Of a stretch of 64,000 bases of DNA, positions 49,504 to 59,709 are shown in pieces. The notes beneath the pieces are model-generated. The model did not search any database. It saw nothing but the letters and a program-made list of their open reading frames with translations, and was not told the origin of the DNA. The position numbers were made by a program, and so were the translations under genes. The DNA lies in NCBI GenBank assembly GCA_963771465.1, contig CAVYTU010000006.1, forward strand, positions 1-64,000, in the 5' to 3' direction. Positions within the stretch are counted from its first letter, which is position 1; each line of letters starts with the position of its first letter. Source of the DNA: an uncultured delta proteobacterium (GTDB taxonomy: Bacteria > Desulfobacterota > Binatia > UBA9968).

Positions 49504-50916
49504 ATGAACTCGCCACTTGCGGCCAAACCGATTCGCGGCGTGAAGGTTTGGTCTGCGGCCGCGAATTTCATCCGCGATCCCATTCCGGTTTTGCGCTCGC
49601 TGCACCAAGAACATGGCAGCCTGGTAGCCTTTCCCAACGATCCCCTGCGCCAGTTCGATCCGCGGCTCTATGTGATGGCGTTCGGCCCCCAGTACAATGA
49701 ACAAATTCTGACCAACACGGAGGTCTTCAAGTCCCGCGGCATCGTGCCCCAGGGGCCAAAAGACTCGGCCCATCAAATCGTTCGTTTCGGTCTGATCAGC
49801 ATGAACGGCGAGCAGCACCGGCGCCATCGGTCGCTGTTGATGCCGGCGTTTCATCGCCGCGCGGTGGACGGTTACCGCGACACGATGGCGGCGCTGACGT
49901 CGCACATGGTGGAGCAATGGCGTGTCGGTGAAACGCGGGATACCTCCCGCGACATGCGCAGTCTCGCGCTGGACGTTTCGAGCATGGTGCTGTTCGGTTA
50001 TTCCGAGAAAGCGCGTTATCGCCCCTTGGGCGAATTGATCGAGCGCTGGATGGCGACCTGCTTCTCGCCCAAGGTGTGGTTTTTTCAATGGGATCTGCCC
50101 GGTTTGCCGTTTCAGCGTTTGCTCCGCCTCGCCGAAGAGCTCGACCGCGAGGTGCGCCGCATGATCCACGAACGTCGAAATGAATCGCTCGACGGCGATG
50201 ATGTGATCTCGATGCTGATTCGCGCTCACGATCAAGACAACGGCGCCATGACGGAAGATGAGTTGGTGGGCGAGGTGAGCATACTTTTTGCCGCCGCCCA
50301 TGAAACCAATACGGTGGCGCTCACTTGGACACTTTTCTTACTGTCGCAGCACCCGAAAATTCTCGCCGACCTGTTGGACGAACTGGACGGCGAGCTCCAT
50401 GGCGATGCGCCGCGGGTCGATCAGTTCGATCGCTTACCGCTGCTCGAAGCCGTGATCAAAGAGAGCATGCGCATCCTGCCGCCGGTGGCCTGGGGCACCC
50501 GCGCGGTGGATCAAGCGACGCAGTTGGGTCCTTTCGAGCTGCCCAAGGGTTCGCGGGTCTTATATAGCCAATACATCACGCACCATCTGCCGGAGATCTA
50601 TCCCAATCCGCGCCGCTATGATCCCCGGCGCTGGTCGTCGTTCGCGCCGCCGCCCTACGCCTATATTCCCTTCGGCGGCGGACCGCGCTTATGCATCGGC
50701 TACGCATTCTCGATGACTTTCCTGCGCATCGCCCTGCCGGTCATCTTGCAACGCTTCAACCTATCGCTGGCGCCGGGGGCGAGGATCGATCGAACCTATC
50801 AGGTGACGATCGCGCCGAAGTACGGCATGCCGATGGTCGTGCAGGATAGGAGCACAGCGATAAAACCGATTCGTCCGCACGGTGCGATTCACGATATGGT
50901 TGAGTTCGATAATTAA
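49504..50916 (+). CDS. Cytochrome P450
   Basis: I-helix FAAAHETN, ESMR (ExxR), YDPRRW and heme motif FGGGPRLCIG. Confidence 0.95.
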   Translation: MNSPLAAKPIRGVKVWSAAANFIRDPIPVLRSLHQEHGSLVAFPNDPLRQFDPRLYVMAFGPQYNEQILTNTEVFKSRGIVPQGPKDSAHQIVRFGLISMNGEQHRRHRSLLMPAFHRRAVDGYRDTMAALTSHMVEQWRVGETRDTSRDMRSLALDVSSMVLFGYSEKARYRPLGELIERWMATCFSPKVWFFQWDLPGLPFQRLLRLAEELDREVRRMIHERRNESLDGDDVISMLIRAHDQDNGAMTEDELVGEVSILFAAAHETNTVALTWTLFLLSQHPKILADLLDELDGELHGDAPRVDQFDRLPLLEAVIKESMRILPPVAWGTRAVDQATQLGPFELPKGSRVLYSQYITHHLPEIYPNPRRYDPRRWSSFAPPPYAYIPFGGGPRLCIGYAFSMTFLRIALPVILQRFNLSLAPGARIDRTYQVTIAPKYGMPMVVQDRSTAIKPIRPHGAIHDMVEFDN

Positions 50917-51035
50917 ACGCGCTCGACGGCAGCGAATGTACCGCGTTGCGCCGTCAATGTGTCGCTCGCTCAAGAATTCCAATCGTGCTGCGATAATCCC
51001 AACGCCATTATGCTTCGAAAGTACTGAGTAGATCG

Positions 51036-51836
51036 ATGAAAAATCTCCGTGGCAAACGCGCATTGATAACGGGTGCGGGGTCGGGCATCGGCCGGGCCAT
51101 CGCGCTCGAGCTGGCGCGTGAAGGGACCCATCTTTGGCTGCTCGAAATCAATGAACTCACTCTAGACTCTGTCGGCGCCGAGGCGCGCAGTTGTGGCGTC
51201 GACGTTATGGCGCGGCGCTGCGACCTGAGCCGCGCTGACGAAATTCGGTCCGCCTTTGACGAAGTGCTCAAAACTTGGGGCGGCATCGACATTCTGGTTA
51301 ACAATGCCGGGATCATGTATTACGGCGCCACCGAAAATATTTCAGATCAGCAGTGGGCCGAAGTGTTGGCGGTCAATTTAACCGCGCCGATCACGCTGAC
51401 GCGGCTGTTCTTGCCGTCGCTTTTAGAGCGGCACGAGGCGCATATCCTGAATGTTTGCAGTATCTACGGATTGGTTCCCAAGCGGCGCTTGGCTGCTTAT
51501 CAAACGGCCAAGTTCGCCTTGGTCGGATTCAGCCAATCGATGCGTTTGGAATACGGTCCACGCGGGCTGGGTGTGACGGCGCTATGTCCTGGCTTGGTGC
51601 GAACCGACTTGATCGGTGCCGCCGAAAAAAGCGGCCGGCTCAAGAGTCGCTTGACTCTGGCGTCTCACTTGGCCGTGGCGCCGAAAATCATTGCCCTGCG
51701 AGCGGTGCAGGCGATTCAAAAAGATCAAGGACTGGTCGTGGTTACTTTGCATGCCCGAGCCTTGTGGCTCGTCCATCGCTGCTTTCCTCGGCTGTTGGAC
51801 CGTTGGCAATATCGGAAACGGCGGCCAAGGCGATGA
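51036..51836 (+). CDS. Short-chain dehydrogenase/reductase
   Basis: TGAGSGIG, NNAG and YQTAK (YxxxK) motifs. Confidence 0.93.
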   Translation: MKNLRGKRALITGAGSGIGRAIALELAREGTHLWLLEINELTLDSVGAEARSCGVDVMARRCDLSRADEIRSAFDEVLKTWGGIDILVNNAGIMYYGATENISDQQWAEVLAVNLTAPITLTRLFLPSLLERHEAHILNVCSIYGLVPKRRLAAYQTAKFALVGFSQSMRLEYGPRGLGVTALCPGLVRTDLIGAAEKSGRLKSRLTLASHLAVAPKIIALRAVQAIQKDQGLVVVTLHARALWLVHRCFPRLLDRWQYRKRRPRR

Positions 51837-51852
51837 AAGGCGGAGCTACTAC

Positions 51853-52953
51853 TCAATTTGCTGGGTGCCGCGCGAACCGGTGATTGTCAGCCGTCAAGTT
51901 TTGCGGCGTGGCATCAAGGAAGTCGAAAGCCACGCTCAAACGCCTAGCGTCACCGCTGATTCTATGGGTTTTAGGCGCCGAGGAATAATTGAATAAAAAC
52001 CGCACGTGATTGTTGCCGCTTTGAATTACGCCATTGGGAACGTCGAACTCATACCAGTGCCAGCCCTGTTCCAGAAGCATCTTGACGACGGAAATTTTGT
52101 TTATTTCAACTTCGACAAATTGGCACGACCGCCCCCTTCCGACATAGGGAGAGAGATTCATTCGCCAGCGGTAACCGGCCGCGCTGGTGAATCGCGGGCT
52201 CATTTCCGAACGGAGGCCCTCGGCCCAGACCACCGACTGGTGGCCGCCTTTCCAAAGCTCGTCGATGGACCAGCCGCCGCCGAGCACGCGGCGAACTCCC
52301 GGCGTGCCAAAGTCGAATCTAATCGTTCCCGGCGAGATATTTTTAGCCGGCGTATCGGCGATTCGGTAGGAGCCGACTCCCGTTTCCATGGCGTAGAAAT
52401 ATGCTGTGGCGCAGAGCGCGACGCCACCGACCGCAAACCAACTGATGCGGCGGGTGAACGAAGACGTGGGCCATGGTGCGCGACCGACCAATCGACGGGT
52501 AATAAAATATCCGGTGAGCGCGCCCACTGACCCGCCGGCGAAAACATCGATCAAAAAGTGCGCGCGAAAATAAAGGCGCGATATGGCGGTCCAAGTCGCC
52601 AAGAGAAAATACAGCGGCGTGAGAGCGGGGAAAGAGACGCTGAGCGTGGATGCGATCGCGAAGGCTGTCCCGGAATGGCCGGATGGAAAAGCGTAACTGC
52701 CGGCCGACCTCGGGCGCGGCATCTGAAAGATATGCTTGAGAGCTTCGATGAGCATCCCTGTGCTGGCGATGGATAAAAGCACGGCGACGCCGGCGAGTTT
52801 GAAGTGTTGATTTTGGCGCTTGTAGCCAACGGCGATCAGAGCGAGGCCGAGCGGCACGCCGAAGTATCCCTGGCCGTTGTAACCGAGGATAGCCATCGCG
52901 TAGTAGACGAAAGACTCCCGTAGCAATTCGCAGCCAAGATAGAGTGGATCCAT
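51853..52953 (-). CDS. PAP2-family membrane phosphatase with extra C-terminal soluble domain
   Basis: K....RP, FPSGH and SRLYFRAHFLIDV motifs, followed by a ~170-aa beta-rich extension. Confidence 0.88.
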   Translation of the reverse strand: MDPLYLGCELLRESFVYYAMAILGYNGQGYFGVPLGLALIAVGYKRQNQHFKLAGVAVLLSIASTGMLIEALKHIFQMPRPRSAGSYAFPSGHSGTAFAIASTLSVSFPALTPLYFLLATWTAISRLYFRAHFLIDVFAGGSVGALTGYFITRRLVGRAPWPTSSFTRRISWFAVGGVALCATAYFYAMETGVGSYRIADTPAKNISPGTIRFDFGTPGVRRVLGGGWSIDELWKGGHQSVVWAEGLRSEMSPRFTSAAGYRWRMNLSPYVGRGRSCQFVEVEINKISVVKMLLEQGWHWYEFDVPNGVIQSGNNHVRFLFNYSSAPKTHRISGDARRLSVAFDFLDATPQNLTADNHRFARHPAN

Positions 52954-53086
52954 GATGGCATTTCCTCGCGATCAGATGCGAAACAGCTGATCGAAAGAAG
53001 ACTGATCGCAGCGATATAAGTTTGTCAGAGTTGCGCGTCCGTCCGGCGAAACTTTCATTTCCGTTTCCATGCTTGCTCCACAAACA

Positions 53087-53128
53087 CAAAGGCCAAGAAC
53101 AGCAGCCTCCCAATGTTCTTGGCCTTTG
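53087..53128 (-). terminator. Hairpin downstream of the SWIB gene
   Basis: caaaggccaagaac-N14-gttcttggcctttg. Confidence 0.6.
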
Positions 53129-53149
53129 AAATCCGCGCGGGCGAAAGGA

Positions 53150-53434
53150 TTACTTAACGTGCTTGCTCACCAACTTGGTCATCTCGAACATGGTGACCGT
53201 TTTCTTGCCGCCAAACACTGCCTTCAGGGCGTCGTCGGCATTGATGTTGGTTCTTTTCTTTTTGTCCTGCAGGCCGTTCTTCTTGATGTAGACCCACAGT
53301 TTTTTGGTTAGCTCGGTGCGCGGGATCGGCTTGTTGCCGACGACCGCGCTCAACGCTGTGTCCGGCTGCACCGGTTTCATGAACGCCGCGTTGGGTTTTC
53401 TTTTCTTCGCCGCTTTCTTTTTTGCTGCTGCCAT
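53150..53434 (-). CDS. Stand-alone SWIB/MDM2 domain protein with Lys/Ala-rich N-terminal tail
   Basis: GGAGG RBS; NAAFMKP...LSAVVG...RTELTKKLWVYIKKNGLQD...INADDALKAVFGG...MFEMTKLVSKH. Confidence 0.92.
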   Translation of the reverse strand: MAAAKKKAAKKRKPNAAFMKPVQPDTALSAVVGNKPIPRTELTKKLWVYIKKNGLQDKKKRTNINADDALKAVFGGKKTVTMFEMTKLVSKHVK

Positions 53435-53510
53435 TCTGTTTCCTCCTTCAGGAAATAAATTTATTTCGTCAAGATATAGCAGAGGAGCGCGATCTTTGCC
53501 AATGAATTTT

Positions 53511-55244
53511 TTAGTTTTTTCCTCGTAAAAGACGCGTATTGGCCTCGTCGAGCCGGGCGTCGCCGCTGGCGATCTGAACCGCGACGCCGTAATCGGCCAT
53601 GGCTCTCGCGACCGATACATAGCCTTGGCGCACGTCTTCAACGACTTTATCCAGCGGGCGCCGGCGCGGGTCGCCAAGGCCGCCGCCGCCGGGCCGCTCG
53701 ACTCGGATGGTGTCGTTGTACTGGAGGCGGTGGTCGCCGAAGCGCGACGGCAGATGCTTGGCATCTTTTGATTCGGAATTGACCACGCATGCGCCCTTGC
53801 CGCCGGCGCGGCCGTCGTCGCTGCCAAAAGGCGCGATGGCGTGTTTGTCCGTGCGCATGGAGAAACGCACTTCGTCGGCGAGGATTCGATAGTCACGGAC
53901 AAAGCCGAGGCCGCCGCGCCACTCGCCGGCGCCGCCGGAGTCCGGGGTCATTTCAAAGCGTTCGACCCGAGTGGGGAATTCCGACTCGATGATCTCGATG
54001 GGGGCGGTTTTGCAGTTACTTAGGTGGAATGCAGTCGCCGAAACGCCGTCTTTGCCCGAGCGCGCGCCGGTGCCGCCGCTAAAAATCTCGTAGTGTACAT
54101 AGGCGCGATTGGACTGCGCGTCGCGCCCGCCGAGCACCAGCGCGGCGCTGCCGGAGCCGCCGGCGATACGTTTGTCGGGGACGAAGGGCGCGAGCGCGCG
54201 GAGAATGGCTTCCGCCGCGGTGAGCGCGGTTGGCATGTAAGTATTGACCGCGGCGGGAAAGCGCGGGTTAACAACGCTGCCGTCGCGAAAGGTAGCCTCG
54301 ATGACGCGGGCGAGTCCTTGATTGATCGGCAGGAAACGGTCGACCAGCGCGACCAGGCAGTAGGCGCAGGCGGCGCGCACCAGCGGCGGGCGAATGTTTG
54401 CCGGCCCCTGGGTTTGATCGCTGGAGCCGCTGAAGTCGAAGTGGAGTCTGTCGCCGGTTTTCTTAACTTTAACGTGAATGCGGATCGGCTTGCTAAGATC
54501 GATACCGTCGTGGTCGACGAAGCTTTCGCCTTCGGACTCGCCTTCGGGCCACGCTGCAATCGTCTGACGCACCCGGTTCTCCGTATAGGCTGAGAGCCTC
54601 TCGGTCGACTCGATGATCGTCGCTTTGCCGTAACGCTGCATGAGCTCGCCGATACGTCTTTCGCCCAAGCGCGCTGCGCCGACTTGACCGCGCAGGTCGC
54701 CGATCACGAGCGCCGGCGTGCGGCTGTTGGCGGCGATCATCGCTTCAATTTCCTTCACCGGTCTTAGCTCGGCCATGAATTTTACCGCCGGCAGATGCAA
54801 GCCTTCTTGATAGATTTCCCGAGCGTTGCCTGAGCCGCTCCCCGGCACGGTGCCGCCGATGTCGCTCTTGTGCGCCATGTTGGCGGCGAAGCCGATCCAT
54901 TCATTCTCATAATAGATCGGCGTGAAGACGCCCATGTCGGGCGCATGGGGACTGCCGCCGAGATAAGGATGGTTGATGATGAAGGCATCGCCGGGGTGAA
55001 TCTCATCGAGCCTAAACGTTTTTAGAATCGCCGCGGCGCAGGCGGGGAAGGCCCCCATGTGGAGTGGCAGCACGACATGCTGCGCGATCACTTCGCCTTG
55101 GGTATTCAAGATTGCGCAACTGGCGTCCTGGGACTCGCGAATGATCGTTGAGTAGCCGGTGCGAAAGAGCGAGTTCTGCATCTCCTGGACGATGCCGGCC
55201 AGGCGCGCTTGGATGACTTGGAGAGTGATCGGGTCGATGGACAT
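53511..55244 (-). CDS. Hydantoinase B / oxoprolinase subunit (copy 2)
   Basis: RTGYSTIIRESQD, HPYLGGSPHAPD, AHKSDIGG, DSGGAG..RGG and PGGGGLGDP motifs. Confidence 0.92.
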   Translation of the reverse strand: MSIDPITLQVIQARLAGIVQEMQNSLFRTGYSTIIRESQDASCAILNTQGEVIAQHVVLPLHMGAFPACAAAILKTFRLDEIHPGDAFIINHPYLGGSPHAPDMGVFTPIYYENEWIGFAANMAHKSDIGGTVPGSGSGNAREIYQEGLHLPAVKFMAELRPVKEIEAMIAANSRTPALVIGDLRGQVGAARLGERRIGELMQRYGKATIIESTERLSAYTENRVRQTIAAWPEGESEGESFVDHDGIDLSKPIRIHVKVKKTGDRLHFDFSGSSDQTQGPANIRPPLVRAACAYCLVALVDRFLPINQGLARVIEATFRDGSVVNPRFPAAVNTYMPTALTAAEAILRALAPFVPDKRIAGGSGSAALVLGGRDAQSNRAYVHYEIFSGGTGARSGKDGVSATAFHLSNCKTAPIEIIESEFPTRVERFEMTPDSGGAGEWRGGLGFVRDYRILADEVRFSMRTDKHAIAPFGSDDGRAGGKGACVVNSESKDAKHLPSRFGDHRLQYNDTIRVERPGGGGLGDPRRRPLDKVVEDVRQGYVSVARAMADYGVAVQIASGDARLDEANTRLLRGKN

Positions 55245-55297
55245 TTGTAGGAGGCAAAATTAAAAAGGCAGATGAAAGAAGGATCTATTTGGCCGCT

Positions 55298-57031
55298 TCA
55301 TGGCGCATCGCGCAGTGCCCGCGTTTGCTTCCCATTCACAACGTAGTCACCATCCGCGTTGTCGATGACAACGCGGTAGACTTCGCGCGCTTTCTTTTGT
55401 GTCACGTAGCCGTTGCGCACGTCGTTCAAGACGCGCGCGGGGTCGCGTGTAAGCGGGTTGCCCAGTCCGCCGCCGCCGGGAGTTTCGAGACTGAAGACCT
55501 CGCCGGGATGGAGCACGTGGTCGGAGAAGCGCGACGGGATCACTCGTTCGCCGGTTTTTCCCGGATTTAAAACGCAGTGGCCGGTCTTGCCGTCGCTGCC
55601 GCCATCGATGCCCTTAGGGGCGACCGTATGTTTGGTCGAGCGCAACGAGAAACGCGCGTCGTTGTCGAGCACTTCGTACTCGCGCACGAAGCCCAAGCCG
55701 CCGCGAAACGCTCCTGGTCCGCCGGAGTCGGCGATCAGTTCAAAGCGATTTACCCGGGTGGCAAATTCCGATTCGATTATTTCAATCGGCGCGATCTTGG
55801 CATTGGATTGATTGACGTTGGTACCCGACACGCCGTCCTTGCCGCTGCGGCCGCCGGAACCGCCGCCGAAGATTTCATACTGGACGTAACCCTTGCCGGT
55901 CTTGTTGCTGCGGCCGCCGATGATGATCGACCGGCTGCTGCAACCGTCGCCGACTTTTTTGTGCGGCGTGATCTGGCTCGACGCTTCGAGCAAGGATTCG
56001 ACTAATGCATGGACGGTTGGATTGTAAGTATTCACCGGCGCGGGAAAGATTGGATTGACGACGCTGCCATCGCGCACTTTGATTTCGATGCAGCGGGCCA
56101 ATCCGTAGTTGATCGCCAGCGCCGGATCGACCAGGCAAGTGAGCAGATAGCAGCAGGCGGCGCGTACGATGGTCGGGCGGATGTTCGCCGGCCCTTTGGT
56201 TTGATCGGCGCAACCGGTGAAGTCGAACAGCAGCCGATCGCCTTTTTTCTCCATACGCACGTGCAGGCGCACCGGTTTATCGAGATCCACGCCGTCGCTG
56301 TCGACGAAACGCTCGCCTGTGCCGACGCCGTTGGGCCACGAGGCGATCTCTTTGCGCACTTTGGCTTCGGTGCGGTCAAACAATTCATCGAAAGCGGCTA
56401 AAATCGTTGCCTTGCCGTAGCGCTCCATCATTTCTTGAAAGCGCCGTTCGCCCAGGCGCGCCGCGCCCACTTGGCCGCGCAGGTCGCCGATGACCAGCTC
56501 CGGTGTGCGGCTGTTGGCACCGAGCATCGCTTCGATATCTTTGCTGGTTTGAAAATTGTGCACGTACTTGATGGGCGGCACGTGCAAACCCTCCTGGTAA
56601 ATTTCGCGCGCTTGGCTCCAGCAGCTGCCGGGCACCGGACCGCCGATATCGCTTTTGTGCGCCAGGTTCGCCGCGAAGCCGACCCATTCGCCTTGGAAAA
56701 AAATCGGCGAAAGCACTGCCATGTCCGGCGCATGCGGGCTGCCGCCGAGATAGGGATGGTTGGTGATGAAGGCGTCGCCTTCCTGCATCTCGTCGGCCGT
56801 ATAGTTTTTCATAATGCCCGCAGCGCAGGCGGGGAACGCACCCATATGGAGCGGCAAGACGACATGTTGCGCGACGACTTCGCCGGCGCGATTCAAAAGC
56901 GCGCAGCTGGCGTCTTGCGACTCGCGGATAATCGTCGAGTAGCCGGTGCGGAACAAAGAATTTTGCATTTCCTGGACGATGCCGGCCAGGCGCGCTTGGA
57001 TGACTTGCAGGGTGACGGGATCGACGGTCAT
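55298..57031 (-). CDS. Hydantoinase B / oxoprolinase subunit (copy 1)
   Basis: Same motifs as 53511..55244. Confidence 0.92.
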   Translation of the reverse strand: MTVDPVTLQVIQARLAGIVQEMQNSLFRTGYSTIIRESQDASCALLNRAGEVVAQHVVLPLHMGAFPACAAGIMKNYTADEMQEGDAFITNHPYLGGSPHAPDMAVLSPIFFQGEWVGFAANLAHKSDIGGPVPGSCWSQAREIYQEGLHVPPIKYVHNFQTSKDIEAMLGANSRTPELVIGDLRGQVGAARLGERRFQEMMERYGKATILAAFDELFDRTEAKVRKEIASWPNGVGTGERFVDSDGVDLDKPVRLHVRMEKKGDRLLFDFTGCADQTKGPANIRPTIVRAACCYLLTCLVDPALAINYGLARCIEIKVRDGSVVNPIFPAPVNTYNPTVHALVESLLEASSQITPHKKVGDGCSSRSIIIGGRSNKTGKGYVQYEIFGGGSGGRSGKDGVSGTNVNQSNAKIAPIEIIESEFATRVNRFELIADSGGPGAFRGGLGFVREYEVLDNDARFSLRSTKHTVAPKGIDGGSDGKTGHCVLNPGKTGERVIPSRFSDHVLHPGEVFSLETPGGGGLGNPLTRDPARVLNDVRNGYVTQKKAREVYRVVIDNADGDYVVNGKQTRALRDAP

Positions 57032-57089
57032 AAAATTTCAGGCATGAGGCGCGCGCCAACAGGCTGGCGGGAACAGGGAAAAGACCGGC

Positions 57090-59162
57090 TCACGCCTTTT
57101 TCTCCTTAACAAGGATATTCCGATAATCATCGACGGCTGCTTCTTGCTCGGGTTGGATCACTGTCGTGGTGTCCAACTGCTCGACGATCGCCGGCCCGGG
57201 AATTTTGTGGCCCGGCTCAAGCAGGTCGCGGTTATAAACTTGCGTCATCAGCACGCCATGTTCTTTGCCGAAGAAGACTTTACGCGCGCCGGTTTTCGCC
57301 GCGTCCACTTTGCGTCCAGTGACTTTTCCTGGCGACAATTTCGCCTGCGGCACCAGACCGAGGGAAATGAGCCGCAAGCTCACTAGCTCGACGGGCTCGG
57401 TCTCGGCTTTGTGGCCGGAATTCTGCTCGTGCATGGTGTCGAAACGGCCGCACATAAGGGTCAGATCATGCTTGGTAAACGGCGGCATCGGCGAGGGCAC
57501 GGTGAGTTCGTAACCTTGCCCCGCGTAGCGCAGATCGAGGTAGGGCTCGATTTTAATTTCATCTTCAGCAAAATCTTCACTCTGTAGATCGGCTTTGGCG
57601 CGCTCGATCAACTGGTGAAACATGTCGTTGATCTCGGCCAAATCCAAGTCCTCGAGGCCAACCAATTTGGAGCGCACGTAGTCGTGTTTCACATCCGACA
57701 TTAACAAGCCTAGCGCCGAGTGCACCCCGGGCGTGAGCGGCACGAGCACCGACGGAATTCCCAAATCGAGCGCCATGCGGCCCGCGTGCATCGGCCCGCC
57801 GCCGCCGAAAGCGACCAGCGTGAAGTCGCGGATGTCGTAACCGCGCGCGGACGACACGGCTTTGATCGCTTCTTCCATCTTGGCGTCGATGATCTTCAAT
57901 ACTCCGTCGGCGGCTTCGAGCAAGTCGAGCTTCAACGGCTTGGCGATTTTTTCTTGCAGGACGCGCTCGGCTTTCGCCTTATCGAGCTTCATGCGGCCGC
58001 CGAGAAAGTGTTCGGGATCGAGCACACCGCAAACCATGTTCGCATCGGTGACCGTGATGTTTTCGCCGCCGCGGTCATAGCAAACCGGGCCGGGGTCGGC
58101 GCCGGCGCTGTCGGGACCAACTTGCAGACCGCCGACGGCGTCGATGCGCGCGATGGTGCCGCCGCCGGCGCTGACCGTGTGGATGTCGAGCATCGGTAGC
58201 GCGATCGGCCGCAGATTAATCTTCCCTTGCGTGGTGATCACCGGATTGCCTTGATGAATCAGCGCGACATCGCAACTCGTGCCGCCCATGTCGAACGTGA
58301 TGATGTTGTTGATGCCGACGCGTTCGCAAGTACCCATCGACGCGATGACGCCGCCGGCCGGGCCCGAGAGCACGGTGGCCACCGGTTTTTCCGCCGAGCC
58401 TTTGAATGTCGACACGCCGCCGTTGGACTGCATGATGTAGAGCTTGGGCGTAGTGACGCCCAATTCTCTCATTCGGCTTTCAAGGCGGCCCAAGTAATTC
58501 GCCATCACCGGCGCGATGTAGGCGTTGATCACCGTCGTGCTCAGCCGATAAAACTCGCGGATCTGTGGCAAGACTTCATAAGACAGAGACAACCGCGCTT
58601 CGGGAAATTCCTTGGCGAAGATCTCTTTGATCTTGAGCTCGTGGGCGGGATTCATAAATGAGAATAGAAAACAAACCGCCACCGACTGGACGCCTTTTTT
58701 CTTCAAACTTCGCACCGCTTCAATCGACGCCTCGACGTCGATGGGCGTCAGCGCGTTGCCCTTGAAGTCGACCCGCTCGGGAACTTCTTCGGTTAAATAC
58801 GGCGGCGCGAGCAATCTCGGCTTTTCAAAAAATAGATCGTAGGTCGCCGGGCCGTAGCCGCGCGTCTGCTCCATGACTTCATAGATGCCGCGAAAACCTT
58901 GGGTCACCAGCAATCCGGTCTTGGCGCCTTTTTCTTCGAGCAGCGCGTTGGTGCCGACGGTGGTGCCGTGGCAAAAAAACGAGATGTCGCCCGCCGCCAC
59001 GCCCGGATCGACCAATTCTTTGACGCCGTTCAAAACCGCTTGAAACGGTTCTTTGGGCGTCGACGGAACTTTCGTGATGGAGATTTCGCCGCTGTCTTCG
59101 TTGAAGAAAACAAAATCAGAAAACGTGCCCCCGGTGTCTACGGTAACTCGATACTTCGACAT
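57090..59162 (-). CDS. Hydantoinase A / oxoprolinase ATP-binding subunit
   Basis: DTGGTFSD, HGTTVGTNALLE, LSGPAGG, DMGGTS, GGGTIA and GPDSAGADPGP motifs. Confidence 0.94.
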   Translation of the reverse strand: MSKYRVTVDTGGTFSDFVFFNEDSGEISITKVPSTPKEPFQAVLNGVKELVDPGVAAGDISFFCHGTTVGTNALLEEKGAKTGLLVTQGFRGIYEVMEQTRGYGPATYDLFFEKPRLLAPPYLTEEVPERVDFKGNALTPIDVEASIEAVRSLKKKGVQSVAVCFLFSFMNPAHELKIKEIFAKEFPEARLSLSYEVLPQIREFYRLSTTVINAYIAPVMANYLGRLESRMRELGVTTPKLYIMQSNGGVSTFKGSAEKPVATVLSGPAGGVIASMGTCERVGINNIITFDMGGTSCDVALIHQGNPVITTQGKINLRPIALPMLDIHTVSAGGGTIARIDAVGGLQVGPDSAGADPGPVCYDRGGENITVTDANMVCGVLDPEHFLGGRMKLDKAKAERVLQEKIAKPLKLDLLEAADGVLKIIDAKMEEAIKAVSSARGYDIRDFTLVAFGGGGPMHAGRMALDLGIPSVLVPLTPGVHSALGLLMSDVKHDYVRSKLVGLEDLDLAEINDMFHQLIERAKADLQSEDFAEDEIKIEPYLDLRYAGQGYELTVPSPMPPFTKHDLTLMCGRFDTMHEQNSGHKAETEPVELVSLRLISLGLVPQAKLSPGKVTGRKVDAAKTGARKVFFGKEHGVLMTQVYNRDLLEPGHKIPGPAIVEQLDTTTVIQPEQEAAVDDYRNILVKEKKA

Positions 59163-59590
59163 AGTCCGTTTCGTCTACCATTAAAAATTTTGGGGTTCAA
59201 TCTTGCGACGCGTGTCGTCGACGCAATTGCCATTCAGGATCCCACTGATTCCATAACCATTAATGGCTAGGGAGATTTGCCCGTCGGCTGTGGATTTCGA
59301 TGTTGATTGCTACAGGCGCGCCGCGATGGTGTTAGATTGTCGAATTATTTTCCCGATCGATTAAGCATCGACCGCCAGGCAGTGATCTACCGACAATGCG
59401 CCCAAAAGTGCCGCGATGTCCTCTCAGGCGAGTCGGTGTTGCCCGAATAGCCGTGGTCAGTGATAGTGCCGGCCGTCCCTGCCTGTGACACATTGCCAAA
59501 TGCCGCTGTCATGTAAGCTTTTCGAACGCTTTTCCGAGTCGAAACTATTCGTTGTGACGTCGTCACTTGGCTATCGCTTGCAAGCTTTTC

Positions 59591-59665
59591 TGTAAATTCT
59601 CTTTACAGACAATTTGGCAATCGCCCGCGGCGATGCCGCGACAAACATTCTGGTATGACCGTTAC
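59591..59665 (+). promoter_or_regulatory. Enhancer palindrome TGTAAA-N5-TTTACA plus imperfect sigma54 site
   Basis: tgtaaattctctttaca at 59591..59607; tggtatg-accg-ttac at 59651..59665 (GG-N10-AC instead of GC), upstream of a PEP-CTERM gene. Confidence 0.6.
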
Positions 59666-59709
59666 GTTAGTACTTGCGCGGATGGACAGAATCATTTGGG
59701 AGAAACGAA

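Noticed and set aside
53435-53902. N-terminal extension of the SWIB ORF (250 aa)
   Set aside because: It overlaps the hydantoinase B gene; the strong RBS marks the real start at 53434.
59567-59583. TTGGCTATCGCTTGCA as a sigma54 promoter
   Set aside because: GG-to-GC spacing is 9 rather than the required 10.
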